A DNA stretch of 64,000 nucleotides from the human T2T-CHM13v2.0 reference genome, Homo sapiens: assembly GCF_009914755.1 (NCBI RefSeq), contig NC_060933.1. One strand, written 5' to 3'. The translations under genes were made by a program, and so were the position numbers. Each line of letters opens with the position of its first letter. The first letter of the stretch is position 1. Below, piece after piece: positions 27,523 to 39,915 of this stretch. Under the pieces are notes generated by a model, which was not told the DNA's origin, did not search any database, and worked only from the letters and a program-made list of their open reading frames with translations.

Positions 27523-27951
27523 CGTTAAGCTGAGTTAAGTTTGGCTCAAAGTGCCCATTGTACTTGCCTAATTAAGTTTGGCCCAAAGCGGCATCCATAC
27601 ATAGTGACTGTACTCTAACTTAATGTGTAGATAAGTTGTAAGCTAATGTAGATATATGGACTTGTAACCAAGCAACTGAGACTCAACCAATCATAGGAGC
27701 CAAACCCTTAGTCAATCCTAGGCTGAATGCTGCCAAATTATGCCCAAATAAGGCAAATATTGAACTGCACCAATCAGGGAAACTCTGAATATAATTTTAT
27801 ATGTTCTGGTTATAAATACATCTCACCACTCTGGATGTGGAGTCACTCTGAACAATCTTTGTTCTGGGATGGTGCCTACTTCTCAAACCTTTTTCTTGGT
27901 CAAATAAACTTAGTGAAATTTAACATGTCTTAGTTGCATTTTTTTTAAACA
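27523..27951 (+). mobile_element. MER57-family ERV1 solo LTR
   Basis: TTAAGTTTGGCCCAAAG, CCAATC boxes, CAAATAAGGCAAA, AATAAA, terminal AACA; 4-bp TSD ACAT (27519-27522 / 27952-27955). Confidence 0.85.
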
Positions 27952-28554
27952 ACATTCAAAGACCTACAAAATAGGACAGGGAACTTGTATTTAGACTATA
28001 CTGTCTAAATGCAACGTATTTATGCTAGTTATTTGTGTGTTATAGAGAATATAGTGATATTGATATACTTTAAGTCATTTATGTACATCGGGAAGAGGAA
28101 AAAAAAAGTTACCCAATTCAATGGAAGTCAAACGAAGAAGCAGAACAGAGCTACCAGAAAAACATGATAAGAGTTAAAGAAGATGGGAGCTCAAAGAGGA
28201 AAACTGTCACTGAATTTGGGGAACTTTTCCTTGCAAGCCAAGTTAACTTTTATTCAGATAGAATTCTCAGATGAAAAAGAAATTATAGTCTATGGCTGAC
28301 AAAATATAGAGAGTCTGCCCAGAGACTTTTGCTATTCTAAGCTAGAATCATAAGGTTAATACACTCCAATGAAGGAGAAAACAAGAACCAGCTCTTGAGC
28401 ATACTTGAAGTCTGGGACCAAATCTGAGTTGTTCAGATACTCATATTTTCACCCTGATTTAAGATGATCTGATATGGGTAATGCTTGCATAAGCAAAACT
28501 TCTGGAGGAACTTACCTCCATAGTAGACAACAAGGTAATCTTAAACTATCCTGA

Positions 28555-28695
28555 CACTAATTGGGTGTATAAACTTGGCCAAGTAATTTTTCCCTTTGAG
28601 TCTCAGTTTCCTCAACTGTAACGTGAATATGAAAGTAACTAACTTGTAGGTCTGTATTAAAAATAAAGTCAATTATTTTGGTAAATCATTTGTAT
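28555..28695 (+). mobile_element. MIR
   Basis: CTTGGCCAAGTA..TGAGTCTCAGTTTCCTCAACTGTAA core. Confidence 0.7.
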
Positions 28696-30292
28696 GCAAT
28701 ATAGCATACATGAGAGAGAGAGAGAGAGTTTGTATGCATGTGTTTAGAGAGACATGGAGAGAGAGACACACATACACAGAGAAGAATCAGTATATTGTTA
28801 AGGATAACAACATCCAGAAACAAATCGACAGACAAGAAAAACAATTTAAATAATAGAATTATCAGACAGAAGTTAAAGACCAAAACATAGGCTTAAAGAT
28901 GCACATAGGAAAATACAAATATGATCATGGTAGATTTAGAAAGGAAATACCTGCTAGAAGTAACAGAGAACTACTAGAAAATTAACGAAGTGCAGTAGGA
29001 AGAAAGAAAATAAATTATTGAAGAAAAGTTTCAAGATACAAAGGATAAAGTTAAATGTTAATATATGTCTAAACTTTACCAGGAAAAGAGAGACAAAGGC
29101 AATAACTAAGGAAATAATAGAGAATGTTTTTAGTACTGATTGAAGACAGATATAAGCAGATTTAAGAAGGTCAACAAATTCTGAGTGGAGTAAGAAAAGT
29201 ACAATGAAGAAAACAAAAGACAAAGCCAAAATTCTGTAAAGCAGCCTGAAAATAAGGCTTATTACCATTAAATAACAACATTTCAGTCTATAGAAACTTA
29301 CATCCTAGGAGAGGGAATACTTTAAATAAAAAAGTAATGGATGAAAAGAGAAAAATTCCATCAAGTGGGATAACTGTTATCCATAAAGAAGTAGCAGGTG
29401 AGATGGGGAGTAAAAAAACAAACATATATAAATCCTCTTATTTTATATATTATAGCTCAATTTTATTCCCATCTTTGATAATCCAAAAATTATACACTGA
29501 TCAATATATCTGTTCTAAATGTTAAGATTCCAACAGGTAGATCATGTCTCTCAAAATGTGTTGCACATTGCCTCAACTGGAGGTTCATGATGCATATTAA
29601 AATAAGAAAGGCTTAGAGAATTCTTACAGCAAGGAAAACAATGTAAGTTTATTTAATTTAGTGTTTTAGCTATATATTTAATAATTATTTTAGGTAGGCA
29701 GTTGTTTAAAGACAATAGAAATTACTTGGAATTTAAAGCAAGCAAAAATGAATGCGTTGGAAAAGCACAATGCAGCTCTTAGAATTGAAAAAAAAAGTAG
29801 GTGAACCAGCCTCAGGCAGGAATCAGAGAGCAAGTCAGAACCAATATCAGAAAAAGGAAGTTCTGCTTTTCATGTGGCTATTGTCCTGTCAGTCATGACC
29901 GCTGGCCACTGCCAGCAAAGCATGCACAGGCATTTTCTGGAATGCTGCTGGGCTCTGCTTTAGCTTGTCACTTCCCACTTTACCATTGGATTCAAAAAAT
30001 CTATCCATCTGACAGGAATAATTTCAGACTCTCTGCCTACTTCTTACCTTGCAAGGTTAAAAATGCAAGGAATGAGTGGCTATTCTTGGGTCTCTGGTTT
30101 ACATTTTAGCCTCCAGTTGGTGGGAAGAGAAAAATCTACTCACAAACAGCTTCAAAACGGAAAGGTCCTATATTGGCATTCCTACATAAAAGAAAGTACT
30201 GGGGGGCTTGACAAATGGACATTTGTCTTCAAAGAACACATATTCTCCTTTAGACAAAGTTTGCACTTATATAGCACAATTAACCTACTTCT

Positions 30293-30876
30293 TATCAATC
30301 AATAAAACGAAGAGACAATTACAGAACAGGATAAGGTGTTTGCAAACTATGTATTCAACAAGGTTTGATATCCAGAATATATAAGGAACTCAAAAAACTC
30401 AATAGCAAAAGAAAAAGTTGATTAAAAAATGGACAAAAGAAGACATACAAATGGCCAAAAAATATATAAAGAAATGCTCAACATCATTAAGCCTCAGAAA
30501 AATGCAAAACAAAACCGCAATGAGCTATTACCTTATCCCAGTTTAAATGATGGATATTATCAAGAAGACAAAATATAACAAATGGAAACGATAATGTGGA
30601 GAAAGAGGAATGTTATACACTGTTGGTGGGAATTTAAAATAGTATAGCTGTTATGAAAAGCAGTATGGAGTTTCCACAAAAAATAAAAAAGAGAACTATT
30701 ATATTACCCAGCAATCCCACTACTGGGTACGTAATCAAAAAAAATGAAATTAGTATGTCAAAGAGACATCTGCACCCAGGGATATTGAAGCATCATTCAA
30801 AATAGCCGTGATATGGAATCTGCCTAAATGCTCATCTAACAACAAATGGATAAAGAAAATGTGGTGTATAAATGTA

Positions 30877-30916
<40 letters not shown>

Positions 30917-31080
30917 ATCTATCTATTTATCATCTATCTATCCACCCCTCCAGAACAATATTCAGCCATAAAATGCTGTTATTTTTAGCAATGTGGATGA
31001 AGTTGGAGGACACTTTGTTAAGTGAAATAAGCCAGGCACAGAAAGACAAGCACTGCATGATCAAATTCATATCTGGAGTT
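30293..31080 (+). mobile_element. L1MA-like ORF2 end/3'UTR fragment
   Basis: ATATCCAGAATATATAAGGAACTC, CACTGTTGGTGGGAAT, CCAGCAATCCCACTACTGGGTA, GTGAAATAAGCCAGGCACAGAAAGACAA. Confidence 0.85.
30877..30942. repeat. (TATC)n / GATA tetranucleotide STR
   Basis: About 10 perfect TATC units plus degenerate units, inside the L1. Confidence 0.97.
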
Positions 31081-33371
31081 TTAAGGATATGGAGAAAGAT
31101 GTTAGGTTTTTTCCTTGTGTGAACAATATTTAAAATTATTATATTTGGAGAGATAACTAGAATACTTCTGCCAACTTAACTATGACCCATTGAATTGCTC
31201 TGAATTATAAATCAGATACTCTGAATTAGCACTTCACTACCATTTTTAAATCTACAGCATTTATATAAATTAATAACTGCTGTAGAGCATACTATTCATG
31301 GCTGAAAAAAGTGACCTGATGATTCGAGCTATCTAAGACCCACCTGATGTCTGACAGCACTAAGGATCAAGCTATCACCTCTCCCTTAACACATCTTTCA
31401 CACCAGTGTGCTAGAGCAGATAGCTGAAAAGTTTTCCCTAAGCCAGAGATCATTCTGACAAGACATGTGGAACAATGGAGATGTCAGCATGCTTTCAAGA
31501 CAAGTAACAGTAATCCTGGCTGTTAACTTGCTTTAATAATAATGAATTCTTTTATCAAGTCCTGAGGAATGAGGGCTTCCAGGTGCCGTATTTCCAGGTG
31601 CTTATCAGAATTTTTCTTTGCTGATAAGAACAATTGTTGCAGCATGCTTTGCTAATCATATACAGAAAGACAAGAAATTTATATTCTAATAATAGAACAC
31701 AAGTCCATCTCTTGCATCTGATTTAGCCAGATTAAGTCACCTTTCCACCAATATCAATCTGGAAGTGATATCATGAACTAAATGGTGTCAACCTGGGGTT
31801 TGTATTATATCTCGACAAAGGAAAAGAAGTTGCCATCATTGGCAAGGTACATACAGGATACATCTCTGTTTCGGCAGATGGGATGAGATTTCCCTGATTC
31901 TCCTACACTGCAGAGGGTAGAGGGAGGTATTTATATAATACACAGAATTTTAATTGAAGAAGCAAAGAGGAATGGATTAATGGGATTAATAGTGTTTATC
32001 CAATACAAGATGAAAAACAACATATTATTGTTTGTATCATGATGGTTCTAGAATAAAACACATCATTTCTCTAATTTTAGTTAGATCTTTGCTGAAAGAA
32101 AAAGATAAATAAAATACCCTACAGTTTATCCATATCCATGTTCCTCTACACTAAATATTCATCTTTGATTAGTTATTTTTAACTATATTTGATTTCTTTA
32201 TAAATTACCTTTTGAAACTTTAAACACATAAAGACATTGTTTCCCCTTAAAAGATTTTTCTTTTCCTTTCTTTTGTTTTTTTTAATCTAAAACTTACTTT
32301 CAAAAACAATGACTTTCATAAACTTGCAACTTGTTAAATATAGTATTTTTATTAACATTCTAGTTTGTAACACAAGGCAAAACCTAAACACTTACCATTT
32401 ATAAATAATGGGTAATACTGTTTCAACTTAACCTTGAGAATGTAGAAAAAAAATTGAGTCCAGTCTGATAGCAACCAAAAGATCTCAGAAACAGTAATCT
32501 TAGTGCTCGCCTGGCAGACACAATCTGCACAGAACTTAATCAAAATAAGATTAAAAGTCCATAGCAATTTCCTTGAGTGGCCAGTCAGATATCCCCCATT
32601 ACAGTCACCAACCAGCCTGCCCCTGGGGCCTATTTCAGAAATAAATTGGTTTGTAGATGAGCTGATGCAGAAGAAGGAAAAAAAAATGTTTTCTTGAGAC
32701 TGTACCTAAATCTTATCAAGTAATACAGGGAAGCTTCAAAGTCTTTTTATTCTGAAATGTTATTTTATTCTGCTTTATATCATCTTAAATTTATTAGTAT
32801 TATATTAAATATTAGTTTATGTAAGCTTATTATTTGACTCTGTATAGGATATAATAGATGGCATTGAATATTTAATAAGATAGCAACAGCAATAACACCT
32901 GGGAAATTGTTCAGGGAAGGATTCTATTCAGTTATTAAAAGATTTGCATACTTATTTCACTAATATTACTAGCAATCACAAGCATTGGGTAATGCTAGAC
33001 AAATCTGCAAGAGGTACCGTTATTCCAGCACCTTAAAAACATTTTTCAATCTGAAAGATACTTCTAGATGTTTTTTTCCATAACAGAGCAGATGATTTCT
33101 AAGTGTTTATATCACTGAAACTTCACAGTATTAGTGGAATATGTTATCCTTTATACCAAAAGTAATCAGATTATTTTATAAAGCAATTATCAATTAAAAG
33201 TAGATTACTAAGAACATACTGTATAAAATGCCTTATGGGCTATTAATTCTGCATGCATTGCCACATTTGATTGTCTCAAAAAACCTCCTGAAATATGTAT
33301 TCTTAACACACTTTTATTGAGAACATTATGAGTAATAAAAGTTGAAAGATTTTCCCAAAGATGTACAAGTA

Positions 33372-33962
33372 AAACAGGTCCTCAAATAAAGTTGTTTTAT
33401 TCAATGTTGTTTTGCTATAATGTAGATGAGAATAAATATTGATTCCTGGACAGGGCTGCCATCTGTGTAGGGTCTGCATGTTCTCCCCATGCCTGCATGG
33501 GTTTTCTCCAGGAACTCCTGCTTCCTCTCACATCCCCAAGATGTGCATGTCTGGTTAATTGGCATTTCCCCACTGTGTGTCCCAATGTGAGTGAATGTGG
33601 TTGTGCCCTGCCATGGAATAGCATCCTGTGCAGGGTTTATTCCTGCATTGCATGCTGAGTAAGAATAGGTTCTTGCCACCCGAGACTCTGAACTGGAATA
33701 ATTGGGTAAATAATCATCTTACTTGTTTTTATCAATCTTTTTAAAAATGTATGTATACCTCACACTTATTTCAGTGTTGAATGTTATAAGTGTTTTAGTC
33801 TCCATTTAGAAGTACAGTGATAATATTGTGACCAGAAATATGCAGTAGGAACTTATATCTTGTTGTATCAATTGGCCTATGGTAAAATTTGTTTCATTGT
33901 TCACCATTTTGCTGATAGTTGCAGTTTCCAATAATCTACTGATATTAAATGTGGACTTACTA
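33372..33962 (+). mobile_element. MER6A (TcMar-Tigger)
   Basis: CAGGTCCTCAAATAA start, TGCATGTTCTCCCCATG..GGGTTTTCTCC core, end GGACTTACTA; about 590 bp. Confidence 0.85.
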
Positions 33963-34115
33963 TGTAAACAATAGCAAGGATCCTAAATCCTAGGTCATAT
34001 CTAAGTTTAAATGGCTTGACACCAAGTCAGAATTGCCTTATGACCATGCTCTTATAAATGTTTCATTTTTTAAAACAGTGCAAACTGAATTTTGCATGAG
34101 AATTATCATTAAAAA

Positions 34116-34243
34116 AATTTTTGTTACAGATAGGATCTTGCTATGTTGCCCAGGTTGACCTTGAAGTTCTGGGTTCAAATGATCCTTTTGCCTCAGCATC
34201 CAGTGTACCTGGGACTACAACTGTGTGCCACCATACCCAGGGC
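34116..34243 (-). mobile_element. FLAM/FAM free Alu monomer
   Basis: Single monomer TCTTGCTATGTTGCCCAGG..GCCACCATACCCAG. Confidence 0.8.
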
Positions 34244-34269
34244 TGCAGGAAAAGTTGTTATGTAAAGCA

Positions 34270-36236
34270 GTGATTTATGAAAATAAGACTTTATTTGGGC
34301 AACATAGAAAATGTAAACAAAAAGAGTTGCTCAACATAAAACTTACTCAAGTCACAATTTACCTCTGACATGACATATTTCCATCCACTTCAGAAAAAAA
34401 ATGTGTATACCTTTTTATTTCTTTTTTTCTTTTCTTTCCTTTTTTTTTTTTTTTTTTTAGACGGGCTGGAGTGCAGTCACAGCTCACTGCACCTTTGAGC
34501 TCCTGGGCTAAAGTAATCTTCCTTTCTCAGCCTCCTGAGTAGTTAGAACTAAGACATGCACCACCATGTCTGGCTAATTTTTAACACTTTTTTGTGGAGA
34601 TGGAGTCTCGCTATGTTGCCCAGGCTGGTCTTGAACTTCTGGCCACATGCTATCCTCTCACCTCGACCCCCCAAAGTACTTGGATTATCGGCTCAAGTAC
34701 TTAGATGTATTAACCAGGATCACAGAGAGCTTGATTTTGTAAGTTTGAGTTAGCATGTAATAACTGCAGTTGATTTTGATGCATGTATTTAATGAGAATC
34801 ATTGCTTTAGACTATATGATATTTGAAACAAAAGAGCAATAGGACTGCATGGCACAATATAAAGTCTGTTATGACATAGTGACTTTAATATATTTTAATT
34901 AAAATTATAATAGTAAAAGCTAAAAATGACAAGACAATTGTTAGAAATCATATCACGACAGCATAATCATGTATCCATAAGTGATTGATACAATAACATG
35001 AACTGACATTTTGCTGCAATATTAATCAGTTAATACAGGTTTTTAGGTTTCAGTTAACTGGTTAATCATAAAATATTATATAAAAAATTATCAAATTGTG
35101 TAAGTCATCTCACTGTATTCTAAAATTTATCTTATTTTATATTTCTAATCTATGTTTTGCAGAGATCATGAAAATTTTACTGGGTAACTGAAGAAGAATT
35201 GTCCCAAGGACTTGAATAAATGTTAATGTTCATAACAGTATGTTCTAAAAAGAAATTTAAGTAAAAAAGGAAAAAACATATTTCATTTTAAAAATATCTA
35301 CCCATGCACATCATTCATCTAAAAAACCCATTTAATATAATCATCTAGTTATGTAAAGATATACCCAAATAGCTACTTAAAATAGAAATATTCTATTTCA
35401 TTATTAGAAATTATTATTTTAAAAGGTTGTTAAAACATCAAAAATATGCTTATTTCTAGTAACCAGAGAATACAGCAGGGTTATGAAACTTTGGATTCCT
35501 GTTTGATTTGGCAGGTAACTAGATTAACAAAAATACAAGGTTTTGAGTTTCAAAACAGAATAGCATATTTAAAAAATACTTGGTGGGTGTCTGGCAATTG
35601 AGAGACCTTAGTAGCACAATCATTGGTCTTCACAATCACTGCCAGGTACTCTTTCAAACTAGCTTGAATAACTGCAAAACACATTATCAACCCAGCTTCT
35701 TTTTGCTGGACCTGGGCATATATAAACTGATTAGATTTAAAAATAAAAAAAATAGAGTTTTTTCAGTTGTGTTTGAAGAGGTGAATCCTTGGACTCAAAA
35801 TCTCTCAAAAGTCCTGTCTTTCACTTCAGAATCTGCATTAATTTGCACAGGAATATACTTCTGTGTTTTAATAAACACATGCAATTTTTCTGTTTTCATC
35901 TTGCAAGTAATGACAGCTTTGTTCTCAAACCAATTTTGTTTTTTGTAGATTTTACCCTGATATATAATGAAGAGACAATTGCATGATCTGTGTAGAAATT
36001 CTTCCTCTAAACTAAATTATACTACCTTAGAAATCTGACATGAAAGTACCAAAACTATGTAAATTGACCTCACCAAGAAAATTATTACATAAAATAGTGA
36101 TTCATGGAAATAAGACTTGATTTGGGCAACATAGAAAGTATTAAAACTAAAAAGGAGTTGCTTGAGATAAAATTTACCCAAGTGACAATTTTACCTGTGA
36201 CAAACATATTTCCATCCACTGCAGAAACAAATGTGT
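34270..36236 (+). repeat. Dispersed direct duplication: core 34270-34406 matches 36097-36236
   Basis: Shared AAATAAGACTT.ATTTGGGCAACATAGAAA, GAGTTGCT, ACATATTTCCATCCACT.CAGAAA; offset about 1827 bp. Confidence 0.9.
34412..34690 (-). mobile_element. AluJ (internally deleted, 5'-truncated)
   Basis: Poly(T) plus CAGCTCACTGCA..CTCCTGGGCTAAAG..CTATGTTGCCCAGGCTGG. Confidence 0.88.
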
Positions 36237-37744
36237 TTAGTTTATTAAAGTATATGTTTAACAGCAAAAAATAAATAGAATAAATTTATTATCCCTATCC
36301 AGTGATAAACACAATTTTAAAATAAAAATGAAAACATCCTGCTTATATTTGCTATACTATTTCATGCATTAGGCTAAGATATATGGTTATTTCCATGCTT
36401 TCAGGATGTGTTTAACAAATCTCTTATACATTTTCCTATTGTTGTCATTTTAATATCTTGAATATAATATTAAATAAACATTTCTACAAATAATTTGAAC
36501 CTCAAAGTTTCATAAACATCTATCCTTCAATATTTAGGCCTAAAAAGTAATCTCCATTATCTATCAAATTCTAAATTTGAACTTACTATGGTTTACTCCT
36601 ACTTTTTAATTATTACTTTGGTTAAAGATACTTCATGATATTATTAAGTTCCTTACTAATAATGTATATGGTTGTATTACATTCATTTATCCATCAAGAC
36701 TAACTTTGAGCTACTATGAAATATAATTCAAATCATTCACATAATATCTAATGAATGATTACTATAATACAAAGCACTATACTAGGTTTCATAAGTGATA
36801 CAAAAACAAGTGCAACCGCCTCAGTAACCAACACATTTGCAGTCTAATAGAGGAAAACAAGCCCTGTTATAAGAATAATTATAGTAAAAGGCTATATAAA
36901 ATACAATCCATTTTGAGACACACCTTCAACTCTATTTGCTAATTCTCATTTTCACTCTTTAGTTTATTTTTAGATTAAATAGTTATTTTCACAAATCAGT
37001 CTGAGGACAGAGTTTTTTGTTTTGTTTTGTTTTGTTTTGTTTTGTTTTTGTGAGTCATCAGCACTATGCAATTGCATATACCTGTTGTGTTTAGTCTACA
37101 AAGGCTGAACATCATGTAATAGTTTTTATGCATTTTGTTCATAGGTTACTGGGTGCTTTAAGGCAAAACTGAATGAGTTTCCAATAGTCAGTACAAAACT
37201 ACAAGAAATACAGGCACGAAGTGCCTGGGGTTATCCTCAGATGAAGTTAGATTTGAATTGCATTCAATAACCTTTTTTACAATGTGTAGATGCTCAAAGC
37301 AAATACAATAGTTTCTCTTTGCCTCTGTGACTTGAGTTCATAGTGTTGTGTTTAAATATAACTTTTGTAATGTCTACTTCACTGAAGAAACTTTTAAAAA
37401 ATTTGACTTATAATGGTTTTCTGTAATAACTTATGGTGCTTGGTTTGTAAAGTAAAACAGGAACTCAATTTAGTACCTACTGAATAATAACATTTTTTAA
37501 CTGAGATTCCACTCATAAGGCACCTAAATTTTTAAAGTTAAAACATATTATATTGACATTAAATTTAAAAAGAATAAACAAGTTAGAGAAGAAATAAAAA
37601 AAAAATCTTCAGAGAATAAACTGCTTCCAAGTACACAAGTACTAAAGAGGCTACACACTGGTATGCTCATTATAAATAAAAACATTCATTCATGTAATTT
37701 TATCTCATTACTACATATTTAAAATAATCTCTTATCATTATAGT

Positions 37745-38343
37745 AGGCCATCATTTTCCAAATAGCATCAAGAATCCTTATTTTGAAATAGTAATCAGAT
37801 CATGTAGTTCTCCTGATCAGATCTCTTCACACTCTAGAATAAGATGCATACCTTCATTTTAGCTTTTAGACTTTTTTTCTGATCTAGCTCTAGATTATTG
37901 TTTGATCTCATTTTTACTATTCTTCTCATTGCTCATTCAATTCAATTTCAAGCATAATGATTTTTTGCTCTTTTGGGAATACACTAGCTTTTTGATTTCA
38001 TTAGAGCCTGTACACTTCCCTCTTCCTGAAATGTTCTTCCCCAAATTTATGTATAGCTTATTTTCTCTCTTTGTTCAGGGCTCAGTGTAATTGTAGATTG
38101 TTCTCTACCTTGAATATGTCTTACCCCTCATTTGACTGGTTTTCCTTCATACCAATTATTTGTATTCTAAAATATTTTATATTTTTCTGTTGACTTGTTC
38201 ACTGAGTTCCTTCCTCTAAAATGTAGCTTCATGAGGGCGATATTTTGTTAAAATTGTATGCTACTGTATCACTAGAACTGAGAACAATGCCTGAACAGAG
38301 TAGCTACTCATGACTCATTGGCTAAAACAAGTTAATGAATGAG
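37745..38343 (+). mobile_element. L2a-like 3' end
   Basis: AATCAGATCATGT, CTAGAATAA, GCTTCATGAGGGC, AGAACAATGCCTG, TTAATGAATGA tail. Confidence 0.75.
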
Positions 38344-38699
38344 AACAGGCAGGTAGAAAGCCAGGAAGGAAAAGAGGATATTATATTAAGTTGAATGAGG
38401 GATTAAATGAATATAAATAAGCTGAAAGTAGCATAGGTTATGCAATATGCTTAACAAAGTATGTTTGTCTATTTTCGTTATGTAATCCAAAACCTGGCCG
38501 ACCACAAAACTTGCTTTTTATTCACTTTCTCTTTCTTCCCTGTTTAGTGCAGCATAAAATTAGTTATCGATTTTATCTCTTAACGCTCCACCTCTATTAG
38601 TGAAAGGATCTTCTCTTATCATATTTCCAGTCCAAAGTTCAGTGGAAACTTTTTACACTCTTACAGTCTATTTGAAATCCTTATATCATAAACATACCA

Positions 38700-39915
38700 G
38701 CACTTATCCCAGCACTATTCACAGTAGCAAAGATACTGAATCAACCTAAGTGTCCACCAATAGATGATTTGATAAAGAAAATGTGAGATGGTACCATCTC
38801 ACTCCAGTTAGAATGTAGATCACTAAAAAGTCAGAAAACAACAGATACTGGAGAGAATGTGGAGCAATAGGAATGCTTTTACGCTGTTGGTGGGAGTGTA
38901 AATTAGTTTAACCATTGTGGAAGACAGTGTGGAAATTTTTCAGGGATCTAGAACTAGAAAGACCTTTTGACCCAGCAATCCCATTACTGGGTATATACCC
39001 AAAGGATTATAAATCATCCTACTCTGAAGACACATGCACACATATGTTTATTGCAGCACCGTTCACAATAGCAAAGACTTGGAACCAACCCAAATGCCCA
39101 CCAACGATAGACTGGATAAAGAAAATGTGGCACATATGCATCATGGAATACTATGCAGCCATAAAAAATGATGAGTTCATGTCCTTTGCAGGGACATGAA
39201 TGAAATTGGCAAACATCATTCTCAGCAAGCTAACACAAGAACAGAAAACCAAACACTGCATGCTCTCACTCATAAGTGGGAGCTGAACAATGAGAATACA
39301 TGGACACAAGGAGGGGAACATCACACTCCACAGCCTGTCAGAGGGTGAGGGGCTAGGGGAGGGATAGCATTTAGAGAAAGACCTAATGTAGATGACAGGT
39401 TGATGAGTGCAGCAAACCACTATGGCACGTGTATACCTACATAACAAACCTGCAAGTTCTGCACATGTACCCCAGAACTTAAAGTATAATAAAAAAGATT
39501 TCCACCTAAAGATAAGAAGATATGATGATATACACAGTGGAATACAATTCAGCCTTTAAAAATAATATACTCATGAAACATGTATTTTGGAGCAGTTTGG
39601 ATGGAACTGGAGGACATTATCTTAGATGAAAGTCAGACACAGAAAGACAGATACGGCATGTTCTCATTTATAAATGGGAGGTAATTAATGCATTCACATG
39701 GACATAGAGTGTGCAATGATAGAGACTTGGACATGAAGACTTGGAAGAGTTGGGGGAGAGTGAGAGGGGAGTAAATGATAAGAAATTACTTAATAAGTAC
39801 AAGGTATGCTTTTTAGGTGATGAATATGCTGAACATCCTGACTTCACTATGCAACCTATGGATGTAACAAAATTACAGTTGCACTCCATAAATTTATAGA
39901 AATAAAATAAAATAA
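38700..39915 (+). mobile_element. L1MA-like 3' end (host element, interrupted at about 38786-39513)
   Basis: CAGCACTATTCACAGTAGCAAAG..AAGAAAATGTG; resumes ACACAGTGGAATAC..GGAACTGGAGGACATTAT and ends in an (AAAAT)n tail. Confidence 0.8.
38786..39497 (+). mobile_element. L1PA7/8-like, 5'-truncated, nested in L1MA
   Basis: ORF2 C-terminus (ORF 38915-39199 ..PFDPAIPLLGIYPKDYKS..) and 3'UTR ending CCCAGAACTTAAAGTATAATAAAAAA. Confidence 0.9.

Larger units (their letters stand above)
27165..29330 (+). mobile_element. Ancient L1M 5'UTR/ORF1 remnants (interrupted by MER57 and MIR)
   Basis: CTTCTACTTCTGG..AAAAGCTGGATAAA start and an A-rich ORF1-like tract at 28800-29300; highly decayed. Confidence 0.5.
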
